DNA of 33,439 bases from an uncultured Dehalococcoidaceae bacterium (GCA_964623035.1 CAZUSN010000001.1:1-33439); one strand, 5' to 3'; numbered from the stretch's first letter, positions 9,170 through 18,400 are shown. Translations and numbers: made by a program. Notes: generated from the letters alone by a model not told the origin.

Positions 9170-10621
9170 ATGGCTAAAGAAACGGTTACTTTATATATTG
9201 ATGACACCAGTATCCGGATGCTTTTAACCCAGGGCAAACGGATTAAGAAATGGGCTGACCTGCCCTTGGAGCCGGGCTTAGTTAAAAATGCCACCGTCCT
9301 GAAAGAGGCAGAGGTTGCTGCCAAAATTAGACAGCTCTTTCAAGTCCGGAAGGTAAAGGCAAAGAAGATTAACATCGGTGTGAGCGGACTACGCTGCTTA
9401 TCTCGACCGCTTACGCTACCCCAATTGCCTAAAGTTATGCTGGACGAAGCGGTGAGGCGGGAAGCAAAAAGAGTGCTCCCAGTGCCGTCAGAGAAACTTT
9501 ATCTTTCCTGGCAGTCTCTCCCTGGCCCGGAAGGAAAAAGTCAGGTTTTCCTAGTCGCTATACCTATCCAGTCAACCGATTCCCTCTTCAAAATGCTGCA
9601 TCAGGCGGGGCTCAAGGCAGACCTCATGGACTTAAAACCATTGCTCTTAGCCAGAGCAGTAAAGGAAAAAACAGCTATAATTGTTGATGTCCAGCCGAAT
9701 GAATTTGACATCGTCATTATGGTCAATGGCATCCCTCAGCCCATCCGCACTGTATCCTTTCCCAGCGAAACGCTATCCTGGCAAAAGAAGCTGCCCATGA
9801 TAAAAAATGAACTCAATCGAACTATGGAATTTTACAATGCTAATAATCCGGATGAGCCCCTTGCCTCCGATGTACCTGTATTCGTTTCTGGGGAACTGGC
9901 TAACCAAGCAGAGCTTTGTCAATCCTTATCTGATGAACTTGAACATCCTGTTTCACCGATACTATCACCACTGGAATACCCGGCGGGATTAGACCCAAAT
10001 CGTTATATGGCTAACATTGGCATGGTTCTCAAGAAGCTCCCCTCCAATGAGACCGGGCTTTCCGTAACCGCTTTAAACGTTCTGCCCGAAGTTTATCAAC
10101 CTGAACCTATTTCTATAACCAGAATTCTGGTGGTGCCCGCCGCCGTTATTGCCATTGGTTTTGTTCTCCTGCTCGGTATGCTCATTCAGAATACCTCTGC
10201 CGACATCGCCAAAACACACAGCCAGATGGATGCCACCAACCAGCTCCTCCAGCAAAAGCTAGCCGAGAAACAAGAAATGGCAGATAAAATTGCTGGGCTG
10301 GAAAAGAAAATTAATCAGGCAAAGACCTCCGGTGGTAATTTTGCCGCTGCCGTGGCTAACCTTGAAAAACAATCTAAAGAGTTTAACAGTGATTTAGCAG
10401 TAACCATAAACAGCTTGCCCGCCAAGGTAAGTCTGACCAATGTCAGTCACTCCAGCCACACCTTGACGATAAAAGGCAGAGCACCTGATGAAGAGGAGAT
10501 ATTATCATATCTTAGAGAATTGGACAGCAGTGGCAGGTTCTCCGATATCACGATTAGCAACATAAGAATGGGTGAGGACAATAGTACGGATTTCACCCTG
10601 GTTCTCAGCACGGGAGAGTGA
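9170..10621 (+). CDS. PilM-PilN fusion protein (GspL-like single-chain architecture)
   Basis: The ~310-aa N-terminal region has a PilM actin-like pattern (VTLYIDDTSIRML..., IIVDVQPNEFDIVIM). It is followed by the TM helix ILVVPAAVIAIGFVLLLGMLI, a coiled coil, and a PilN-like C-domain (TLTIKGRAPDEEEILSYLRELDSSGRF). Confidence 0.75.
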   Translation: MAKETVTLYIDDTSIRMLLTQGKRIKKWADLPLEPGLVKNATVLKEAEVAAKIRQLFQVRKVKAKKINIGVSGLRCLSRPLTLPQLPKVMLDEAVRREAKRVLPVPSEKLYLSWQSLPGPEGKSQVFLVAIPIQSTDSLFKMLHQAGLKADLMDLKPLLLARAVKEKTAIIVDVQPNEFDIVIMVNGIPQPIRTVSFPSETLSWQKKLPMIKNELNRTMEFYNANNPDEPLASDVPVFVSGELANQAELCQSLSDELEHPVSPILSPLEYPAGLDPNRYMANIGMVLKKLPSNETGLSVTALNVLPEVYQPEPISITRILVVPAAVIAIGFVLLLGMLIQNTSADIAKTHSQMDATNQLLQQKLAEKQEMADKIAGLEKKINQAKTSGGNFAAAVANLEKQSKEFNSDLAVTINSLPAKVSLTNVSHSSHTLTIKGRAPDEEEILSYLRELDSSGRFSDITISNIRMGEDNSTDFTLVLSTGE

Positions 10622-10625
10622 GCTC

Positions 10626-11696
10626 ATGGATATTTTCCCCTTGATCCGTTTAGCGGCAAGCAAAGGTGCCTCGGATTTGCACCTGGTGGCTTACAGTCCA
10701 CCAATATTTCGTATTGATGGCTTAATTCAGCCCTTAGCTGAGATGCCACCACTAACACCCGAGGATATTGAGCAAGCCTTTCGTCAGATAACCTCGGAAC
10801 AGGAAAGGGCAGACTTCGAGCGTTGTCTGGAGCTTGACTTCGGCTATACCATACCTGATGTCAAACGGCTCCGCTGCAATGCCGCAAAGCAGCGCGGCAC
10901 CATCAGTCTCACCATTCGATTAATCCCACTGGTCATCCCCTCTATTGAAGAATTGGGCTTGCCCCCCGTATGCAAAGAGCTCGTGCTAAAACGTCGGGGG
11001 CTGGTGGTTGTTAGTGGGCCCAGTGGCTCTGGCAAATCAACCACCCTGGCTGCCATGATTAACCATCTGAACGCCTTAGAAAGCCGCAGTGTAATTACCA
11101 TTGAAGACCCTATCGAATATCTCTATACTAACAACCTGTGCACCATAACCCAGCGAGAACTGGGCAGTGACACCCGCTCCTTTGCTGAGGCACTGAGACA
11201 CGTCTTAAGACAAGACCCGGATGTGATTCTGGTTGGCGAGATGAGAGACACGGAGACCGCCGCAGCGGTACTTACCGTAGCCGAAACCGGACACCTAGTT
11301 TTAACCACCGGTCATGCCACCAGCGCCTCACAGGCAGTGGAACGGATAATAGACCTTTTCCCGCTTCACGAGCGCCATTTAGCCCAAACACGGCTGGCTT
11401 CCCTTCTCATGGGCATTCTGTGTCAGGCGCTTATCCCCAAGGCTGATGGCACAGGGCGGGTGCCTGCGGTTGAAATTATGTTAGCCAGTGCCGCCATCAG
11501 AAATAATATCAGAGAAGGCAAAATTTACCAGTTGCCCAACGCCATTATCACCCATGCTCGCGCCGGAATGATATTGTTTGACAATGCATTAATCAATCTT
11601 TACCGCAAGAATATTATCAACCAAGAAAGCCTGTTTGATTTCTGTAACGACCCTGATGAGGTAGCTAAGACTATCGGTAAAGTTGAAGTGCTGTAG
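10626..11696 (+). CDS. pilT: Twitching-motility retraction ATPase PilT
   Basis: Motifs GPSGSGKSTT, ITIEDPIEY, DPDVILVGEMRD, ETGHLVLTTGHA, plus the PilT-specific AIRNNIREGK. I preferred ATG 10626, which has a GGGAGAG SD, over the overlapping track start 10572. Confidence 0.92.
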   Translation: MDIFPLIRLAASKGASDLHLVAYSPPIFRIDGLIQPLAEMPPLTPEDIEQAFRQITSEQERADFERCLELDFGYTIPDVKRLRCNAAKQRGTISLTIRLIPLVIPSIEELGLPPVCKELVLKRRGLVVVSGPSGSGKSTTLAAMINHLNALESRSVITIEDPIEYLYTNNLCTITQRELGSDTRSFAEALRHVLRQDPDVILVGEMRDTETAAAVLTVAETGHLVLTTGHATSASQAVERIIDLFPLHERHLAQTRLASLLMGILCQALIPKADGTGRVPAVEIMLASAAIRNNIREGKIYQLPNAIITHARAGMILFDNALINLYRKNIINQESLFDFCNDPDEVAKTIGKVEVL

Positions 11697-11753
11697 CCTC
11701 AGCCAAATTTCCGTCCTTGACTAGCTAGCCAAAAACTCCCAAAATACAGCGTA

Positions 11754-12560
11754 ATGGAAGTTGTGTTAATCGTTGTCTTCGCTCTCCTCGGCACTGCGGT
11801 GGGCAGTTTCCTCAATGTTTGCATCGACCGTTTGCCGGCTGGCAAGTCGCTTGTCTACCCCCCATCCCACTGCGATTCCTGTCAACATCGCTTGTCGCCA
11901 AAAGACCTGATACCAGTTTTCAGCTATCTATGGCTGCGCCGGCGTTGTCGCTACTGTCAGGCACCTATCCCGCAACGACCATTCTGGGTAGAGCTCAGCA
12001 GCGGATTTCTTTTTGCCCTCACTTACTGGTACTATGGTTTGAGCAGCCAGCTTGTGGTCGCCGCTTTTTACCTTAGCCTGTTTCTTGTCCTCAGCGTCAT
12101 TGACCTGGAACACCAGCTTATCCTGAACAAAATAGTCTATCCGGCGGCGGCAGCAGCCCTGATTATTGACCTTTTCTTGCCCCCACCCGGGATTATTGAC
12201 TTTGCACTGCCTTCACCTTTAGCAGGAATCATCAATGGCGTTATCGGTGGCGCTATGGGATTCATCTTGTTTTTAGTGATTTATTTTGTTGTTCGTTTTA
12301 TCTATAAACAAGAGGGGATAGGGTTCGGAGATATTAAGTTAGCGGGCTTAATCGGGCTGGTTGCTGGCTCACGGCTGGTATTTGTCGCCTTGCTTATGGG
12401 AATAATTCTCGGTGGACTGGTAAGTATGGTTCTTCTTTTGCTCAGAATAAAGAAACGGAAGGAAGCCATCCCCTTCGGTCCCTTTTTGTCCTTGACCACT
12501 ATGGTTACCCTTTTCTTGGGAAACGACATTACTAACTGGTATCTGGGATTATTCTGGTAG
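11754..12560 (+). CDS. pilD: Prepilin peptidase / N-methyltransferase (A24 family)
   Basis: N-terminal CDSC...CRYC zinc region, catalytic Asp motifs VIDLEH and GFGDIKLAG, and a polytopic membrane profile. Confidence 0.9.
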   Translation: MEVVLIVVFALLGTAVGSFLNVCIDRLPAGKSLVYPPSHCDSCQHRLSPKDLIPVFSYLWLRRRCRYCQAPIPQRPFWVELSSGFLFALTYWYYGLSSQLVVAAFYLSLFLVLSVIDLEHQLILNKIVYPAAAAALIIDLFLPPPGIIDFALPSPLAGIINGVIGGAMGFILFLVIYFVVRFIYKQEGIGFGDIKLAGLIGLVAGSRLVFVALLMGIILGGLVSMVLLLLRIKKRKEAIPFGPFLSLTTMVTLFLGNDITNWYLGLFW

Positions 12561-12597
12561 AGGGACGGGGGTTAGCCAACAACCTCATCTGGCTCAC

Positions 12598-12626
12598 TTG
12601 ACAAATTACTTTATGGTTAGTACAAT
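12598..12626 (+). promoter_or_regulatory. Near-consensus sigma70-like promoter (TTGACA-17 nt-TACAAT) for the wHTH gene
   Basis: TTGACA at 12598-12603, a 17-nt spacer, and TACAAT at 12621-12626, about 30 nt before ATG 12658. Confidence 0.6.
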
Positions 12627-12657
12627 TGTCCTACCATAGTGAGTAGGGGGGTCCGAG

Positions 12658-12930
12658 ATGAGGCTAAATCAGCGGCGCTCTGATATTGAGATTATCGCCG
12701 ATATGCTGAAGGTGGGCGAAAACGGTGCTGGCAAGACTGAGATTATGTACAGCGCCAATATGAGCTATCGGCAGATACAGAAGTACCTTGGTTTCCTTAT
12801 CAGCCAGGGCTTTATTGACCGGATAAGGCTGGGTAACCCGTCAGTGACCTACCGGGTGACGGATAGCGGCTTAAAACTCCTTGAGTTAATAAACAGTGTC
12901 AAGGAAATATTAGGCACGACGGACAACTAG
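12658..12930 (+). CDS. Small winged-helix DNA-binding protein (HTH_45-like, archaeal-type wHTH)
   Basis: RRSDIEIIADMLKVGENGAGKTEIMYSANMSYRQIQKYLGFLISQGFIDR is the characteristic pattern of this 90-aa wHTH family. Confidence 0.7.
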   Translation: MRLNQRRSDIEIIADMLKVGENGAGKTEIMYSANMSYRQIQKYLGFLISQGFIDRIRLGNPSVTYRVTDSGLKLLELINSVKEILGTTDN

Positions 12931-12967
12931 CGGTTATCCGTTCAAGAAGTAAAAGTGCCAACATTAA

Positions 12968-12998
12968 CCTGGAGCCGATATCGGCTTCAGGTTTTTTA
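12968..12998 (+). terminator. Rho-independent terminator after the wHTH gene
   Basis: The stem CCTGGAGCCGA/TCGGCTTCAGG spans 12968-12991 (11 bp with one G-U pair; the apical pairs must open to form a loop). It is followed by TTTTTT. Confidence 0.75.
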
Positions 12999-13083
12999 TT
13001 AGGGCTAGAGCAGTTAGAATCCAGCCGACTAAAACCCCTCTGCTGTGTCCCGTGGGCAACTTAAGACTGCCGTTTCTATCTCG

Positions 13084-13144
13084 CCTTAACAAAACCTTAA
13101 CGAAACCTTTATGGAATCTTTATAACTTTTATGCCTATCTTTAT
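13084..13144 (+). repeat. Helically phased short repeats (CCTTAAC / YCTTTAT) upstream of the RHH gene
   Basis: CCTTAAC occurs at 13084 and 13095, CCTTTAT at 13106 and TCTTTAT at 13117, giving exact 11-bp steps. CTTTTAT at 13126 and TCTTTAT at 13138 follow. Confidence 0.6.
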
Positions 13145-13192
13145 ATTCTTCTGTTATATTGAGACTGTGTCCAGATAGAGAAGGAGTTTAAC

Positions 13193-13558
13193 ATGGCAAG
13201 GGACAGGGTCTTAAAAATTGATGATAATGAGTCAATTTTAGTACTTGACAGTGACGTGGTCAGAAAAGTTGAGGAAAAACGCGGCAACCTGAGCCGTTCC
13301 GAGTTTCTGAAATTGCTGCTTGATGGCCAGCCCAAAGAAGACATTTGTACTCCTAATTACGTTACCAAGGAAGAATTCCACCAGTTTGAGCAAGGAATAA
13401 AGAAATTGCTCCGCCATTTCCTCGAGTTCTTCCTCAGCTACGGACTGGAGCTGGGCAAGCCACCAAAGGATGAGATTTTCAACGAGCTCAGCCAGAAATT
13501 GCAGTCTCTCAGCAGCTCCGGTAATCAAGCCAAACAAGACCCAATGAGTTCCTCTTAA
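13193..13558 (+). CDS. Ribbon-helix-helix (CopG/Arc-like) DNA-binding protein with helical C-terminal extension
   Basis: ILVLDSDVVRKVEEKRGNLSRSEFLKLLLDG fits the RHH pattern of a beta strand, helix A, then the g.sRSe motif. GAAGGAG SD 8 nt upstream of the ATG. Confidence 0.6.
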   Translation: MARDRVLKIDDNESILVLDSDVVRKVEEKRGNLSRSEFLKLLLDGQPKEDICTPNYVTKEEFHQFEQGIKKLLRHFLEFFLSYGLELGKPPKDEIFNELSQKLQSLSSSGNQAKQDPMSSS

Positions 13559-13721
13559 CTCTTATCTTCTTTTCCCACAATTTATGCCTCAGAAGAATAG
13601 AACTATGTTCTAGAACACAAGCACTTCCCAAGCTCACTGATACGTGTCATAGTCTTTTCGTATTTAGTCCTTATCTACTAGTTAGCTTGGGAGGTGAGGG
13701 ATACCAAAAGCAATTGAGCTT

Positions 13722-15359
13722 TTGCGACAGGGCAGGGCGGAAGAGCTATGGCAGATGTGTTGCGGTTTTCTCAGCCTCTCTCTAGAGCAATTCATAGCTA
13801 TCCAGAATCGCTTGCTGCTGGAGCAAATAAGATTATTAAACCATTGCACCCTGGGCAAAAAGATAATGCAGGGGGCAAAACCGCAGACGGTGGAGGAGTT
13901 CCGTGAACTGGTGCCCTTAACCACCTACGCTGATTACTGTCCCGAACTTATAGAAAAGAGAGAAGCCCCCCTGCCTGCCGAGCCGGCTATGTGGGTGCAC
14001 ACCTCAGGCCGGTCTGGCGAATACCCCTGTAAATGGGTGCCGCTGACACGGGCATTCGTTCAGGAATTGAGCACCATAGGTTACGGCGTGGGCATTCTTT
14101 CCAGCTGTAAGGACTGGGGTGATACTTCCCAGCTTAATGGCTATCCCAAAATTGTCTATACGGTGGCCCCCAGACCTTATATGTCAGGTGCTTTAGCCAG
14201 CATGCTGGAAATGCAGACTCCGGCAGATTATTTACCTCCTTTAGATGAAGCTGAAAGTCTGCCCTTTGAAGAAAGAATAAAGCTTGGTTTCGAGCAAGCC
14301 CTGTCCCACGGGCTTGATTACTTCTTTGGTCTATCCATGGTGCTGGTCGTGGTCGGCAACAAGTTCAGCCAGCGCTCAAGTAAAATGGACATCCGTCCCC
14401 TGCTCCGCCAGCCCAGAGCTATGCTTCGCCTGCTTAAGGGACTGGCCAAGAGCAAAATAGCCCGGCGACCACTTTTGCCCAGAGACCTTTGGTCAATAAA
14501 GGGAATTATGAGCGGTGGACTTGATAGCTGGGTCTACCGGGAGAAAATAAAAGAGCTTTGGGGAAGATACCCACTGGATACTTACGCCGGCACCGAAGGT
14601 GGCATCATCGCTACACAGACCTGGGACTATGAAGGTATGACCTTTACCCCCAGTCTCAACTTCCTTGAGTTTATCCCGGAAAAGGAACATTTTAAGTGGC
14701 GATTGGACCCAGGCTACCGACCAAAAACGGTACTGCTCGATGAGGTGAAGCCCGGGGAGAACTACGAGATAGCTATCACCAACTTTCACGGCGGTGCCCT
14801 GATGAGATACCGACCGGGTGACATGGTCAGGATAACCTCACTGCGCAACGAGAAACTGGGCATTGATATTCCTCAAATGGTCTTTGAAAGACGGGCTGAT
14901 GACCTGCTTGATTTTGTTTTCATTCGGCTTACGGAAAAGACTATCTGGCAGGCAATCGAGAATACCGGCATTCCTTATGAGGACTGGACAGCACGCAAGA
15001 AACAAGGTGAACCGGTGTTGAGCCTCTGCCTTGAGCTTAAAGATGGCTACCAGGGCAATAAGGAAGGTGTTGCGGCAGCAGTTCGTGAACAGATAATCAA
15101 GTCTGATAGCAATAACAGAGATACTGAGTCCCTGATTCGTGATGAGTTTGCCAAGATGATCAACTTCAAGGTAGAGGTAAACCTGCTGCCGCAGGGCGCT
15201 TTCGCTAATTTTACCGCGCAAAGGCGAGCGGAAGGAGCTGATTTGGCTCACTTAAAGCCCGCTCACATTAACCCCACAGAGAAGGTGCTTTCATTGCTGC
15301 TAGCCAAGCCAGAGGCAGTTAAAGCCGGAGCTGAGCCTGAGAAAGTAACCGTCCGATAG
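13722..15359 (+). CDS. GH3-family / adenylate-forming (acyl-acid amido synthetase-like) protein
   Basis: VPLTTYADYCPELIE....WVHTSGRSGEYPCKWVPLT resembles the GH3 motif (vPl..Yed..p.i....TSGTT.g..K.iP.t). The ~545 aa length is typical. The start is uncertain: the strong SD GGGAGGTGAGGG at 13689-13700 is poorly spaced from TTG 13722. Confidence 0.55.
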   Translation: MRQGRAEELWQMCCGFLSLSLEQFIAIQNRLLLEQIRLLNHCTLGKKIMQGAKPQTVEEFRELVPLTTYADYCPELIEKREAPLPAEPAMWVHTSGRSGEYPCKWVPLTRAFVQELSTIGYGVGILSSCKDWGDTSQLNGYPKIVYTVAPRPYMSGALASMLEMQTPADYLPPLDEAESLPFEERIKLGFEQALSHGLDYFFGLSMVLVVVGNKFSQRSSKMDIRPLLRQPRAMLRLLKGLAKSKIARRPLLPRDLWSIKGIMSGGLDSWVYREKIKELWGRYPLDTYAGTEGGIIATQTWDYEGMTFTPSLNFLEFIPEKEHFKWRLDPGYRPKTVLLDEVKPGENYEIAITNFHGGALMRYRPGDMVRITSLRNEKLGIDIPQMVFERRADDLLDFVFIRLTEKTIWQAIENTGIPYEDWTARKKQGEPVLSLCLELKDGYQGNKEGVAAAVREQIIKSDSNNRDTESLIRDEFAKMINFKVEVNLLPQGAFANFTAQRRAEGADLAHLKPAHINPTEKVLSLLLAKPEAVKAGAEPEKVTVR

Positions 15360-15402
15360 TACTTTAGTCGCCCTCACTTTGGTCAATTTACTTTAGTTTT
15401 GC

Positions 15403-15431
15403 TTGACAGTTACCCCTTTTGAAGCAATAAT
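15403..15431 (+). promoter_or_regulatory. Candidate sigma70-like promoter (TTGACA-17 nt-AATAAT) ending 10 nt before ATG 15442
   Basis: TTGACA at 15403-15408 and AATAAT at 15426-15431. There is no SD before ATG 15442, so the mRNA may be near-leaderless. Confidence 0.4.
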
Positions 15432-15441
15432 TACCTCAGAT

Positions 15442-18400
15442 ATGAATATTTATGCTTTAATTCCTTTAGCTGCCGTAGTTTCTTATATCCCGCTGCTGCT
15501 TACCGCCATTAGCAGCCGGCCTTGGCAGACGCGTCATAAGCTCTTTATCCTGTTTTTAATCGCTGCCATGAGCTGGAGCCTCACTGATATCTTCTTACGC
15601 AGCAATGCTTTCCCGCAATATAATAACCTCTTGCTTAAATTCATCCTCATTACCTATACCTGGACGGCAGTGCAATTCCACTGCTTTGTTTCCTCTTTCT
15701 TTGCCCCGGGGCAGGGGCGATGGTTGCCACTTGCCTACGCTTCATTTGCCATGGTTATCATCCTGGTGCTGACGGGGCATGTCGCCGAAGGTGTTACCGT
15801 TGATGGTGATAAACTTTACCTCCATTACGGAGGAGGAATCATCTTTCTGGCGCTACCTCTACTGGTCTTGGCATGCAGAGTTACTTATGTTTTCGGAAAA
15901 CAGCTGAGGGTTTTAGATAATCCGGTGCTCCGCAATCAAATCTTTTCTCTATTGCTTGGTCTCTTCGTTCTGATTAGCTTTACTTTAGCTGCCCTCCTGC
16001 CCTGGGGAAGAGAATATGCGGTGACCCACTTTGGCAACATCATTAATGCCCTCATCCTCAGTTACGCCACTATCAGGCACCAGTTAGTTGACATTAGAAT
16101 CGTTTTGCGCAGTGGTTTATCCTGGGTGAGCTTAGGACTTATCGGTACCATCTGCTATGGGCTTTTGCTCATCATCATTGGCACAGTGCTCGACGTGAAA
16201 CTTGACTTCAGAGCTATCACCATAGCTACTTTAATTGCTATCTTAGTTGCCATATTAGTTTATAGACTGCGCAGCTATCTCTTCGTCACCATGGGCAAAG
16301 CCTTTCAAGGGCAAAGTTATCATTATCGTGCTAAGTTAGCCGAGTTTGCCAGTAAAATACATAATATCTTCAGCCTTAAGGAGCAGGGTGGAGAGTTGCT
16401 GTCGCTGGTTACCAAAGCCATTGGCTGTAAGCGCGCATACCTGATGTTCCTTGAAGCTGGTAGCCAAGATTTTACGGTCAAGTTTGTTGAACCCGGCGGG
16501 AAAGAAAATTCCCCGCCCAATCTAAGGTTGAGCGGGCAAAGCCCTATCGTGGAGTATCTCAGGCGAGAACGAAAACTGCTAACCAAGGAAAGTCTAGCCA
16601 TCCTACCCGAATTTCGCGGTTTATGGGAGGAGGAAAAAGGAGAGATTAAGTCAAATGAGATAGACCTGTTTGTGCCCTTAATTAGCCGCGATAGGTTAAT
16701 CGGCATTCTGGCACTGGATAAAAAGCAGCCCGGCAGGTATTCACTTGAAGATTTTTATCTGCTGGAGGATGTCACCAAGCAAGTGGCGGTAAGTATAGAG
16801 AAGGAATACCTCAGAGAGCGACTCAGAGAGCGTGAAGAGGAACTATCAGTTATCAACCGTTGCAGTGCCATTATAACCTCCAGCTTAGATATTCAAGGAA
16901 TATACAATAGCTTTATCGAAGAACTAAAGAAGGTGGTTGATTTTAGTTGGTCGTCTATTGTGCTTATTGAAAACAATTATCTTCGTTTTCTGGCGTTAGC
17001 CTCCGAGATAGGTTCTACCTGGAAGGTGGGAGACCGAATTTTGCTCAAAGGCACCGCTACGGAATGGATAATCGCCCATAAAGAGGCATTGGTTGAGCCT
17101 GACCTAACCAAGGGGAGTCGGTTTGTCACCGGGAAATACCATCTCAAGCAAGGAGTGCGCTCCATTGTTTACCTGCCGTTATTCGCTAAAGGTGAAGCTA
17201 TCGGTAGTTTCATTGTGGCTAGTCTTAAACCGAATGCTCATAATCAGAGACACCTGATGCTCTTGGAACAACTAGCTTCCCAGATTGCCATGTCTATTGA
17301 GAACTCTCGCCTTTATGCTGAAGCGGAGGAGAAAGCTCGCGTTGATGAACTTACCGGTTTGCTTAACCGCCGCTCCCTGGATGAGCTGATGGTCACTGAG
17401 ATTAGCCGTCATTCTCGCTATGGTGGGGTCTTCTCATTAATCATCTTTGACCTTGACTCTTTCAAAGCCTTTAATGACCACTATGGTCATCTGGCCGGCG
17501 ATAAGCTTCTCGGGAAAATCGGCAGCATTACAAGAAATACTATAAGAAGCGCGGACCAAGCCTTTCGCTATGGCGGTGATGAATTCGCCATTCTTCTACC
17601 CAGTACCCCAATTGATGCCGCCAACCAGGTGGCAGAGAGAATCCGCAAACAAATCGCGTCTAAGGTGAAAACAAGTCATATCCCGATTACCGCCAGTCTC
17701 GGGCTGGCGAGCTGGCCGGCCGATGGCATAGGTGCGCAGGAAGTCATTGCCGCCGCCGATGCCGCTCTCTATCATGCCAAGCGAGAGGGCGGCAACCGGA
17801 GTTACTGCGCCTCAGGAACTTTGGTGCCTCTAAATGAGACCGCAGTTAGCGCCAAGGATGTTGAAGACAGTGAAACATTGAATGCCATTTACGCGCTGGC
17901 AGCCACCGTTGATGCCAAAGACCATTACACCCACAGCCACTGGAAGAAAGTCAAAGATTATGCGGTGACGCTGGCAAAAGCTCTTAATCTGGAGACAGCA
18001 GAAATAGTCAAGCTGGAGACCTGTGCTTTGCTACACGATATCGGCAAGATTGGCATTAGTGAAAAGATACTCAATAAGCCGGGAAAGCTGACTGCGGAGG
18101 AGTGGGAAGTCATCAAAAGTCACCCTCAGGTAGGGGTAAACATTGTCAGTCATGCCAGTCAGCTAGCCTGTTGCCTGCCGGTTATTCTATATCATCATGA
18201 GCGATATGATGGGCAGGGCTACCCTAAAGGACTGAGGGGTGAAGAGATACCCCTGGAGGCTCGCGTCTTGGCCTTGGCTGATGCCTTTGCCGCCATGACT
18301 TCGGAACGCACTTACTCTAATGCCTTATCCTTTGAGGAAGCACTGGAAGAAATCAAGCAAGGTGCTGGTAAGCAGTTCGACCCCCAATTAGCTGAAGTCT

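Noticed and set aside
13598-13612. LexA (Cheo-type) SOS box
   Set aside because: The Gram-positive/Chloroflexi-type box is GAAC-N4-GTTC. Here the half-sites are separated by 3 nt (GAAC-TAT-GTTC), and the downstream gene is not an SOS-type gene.
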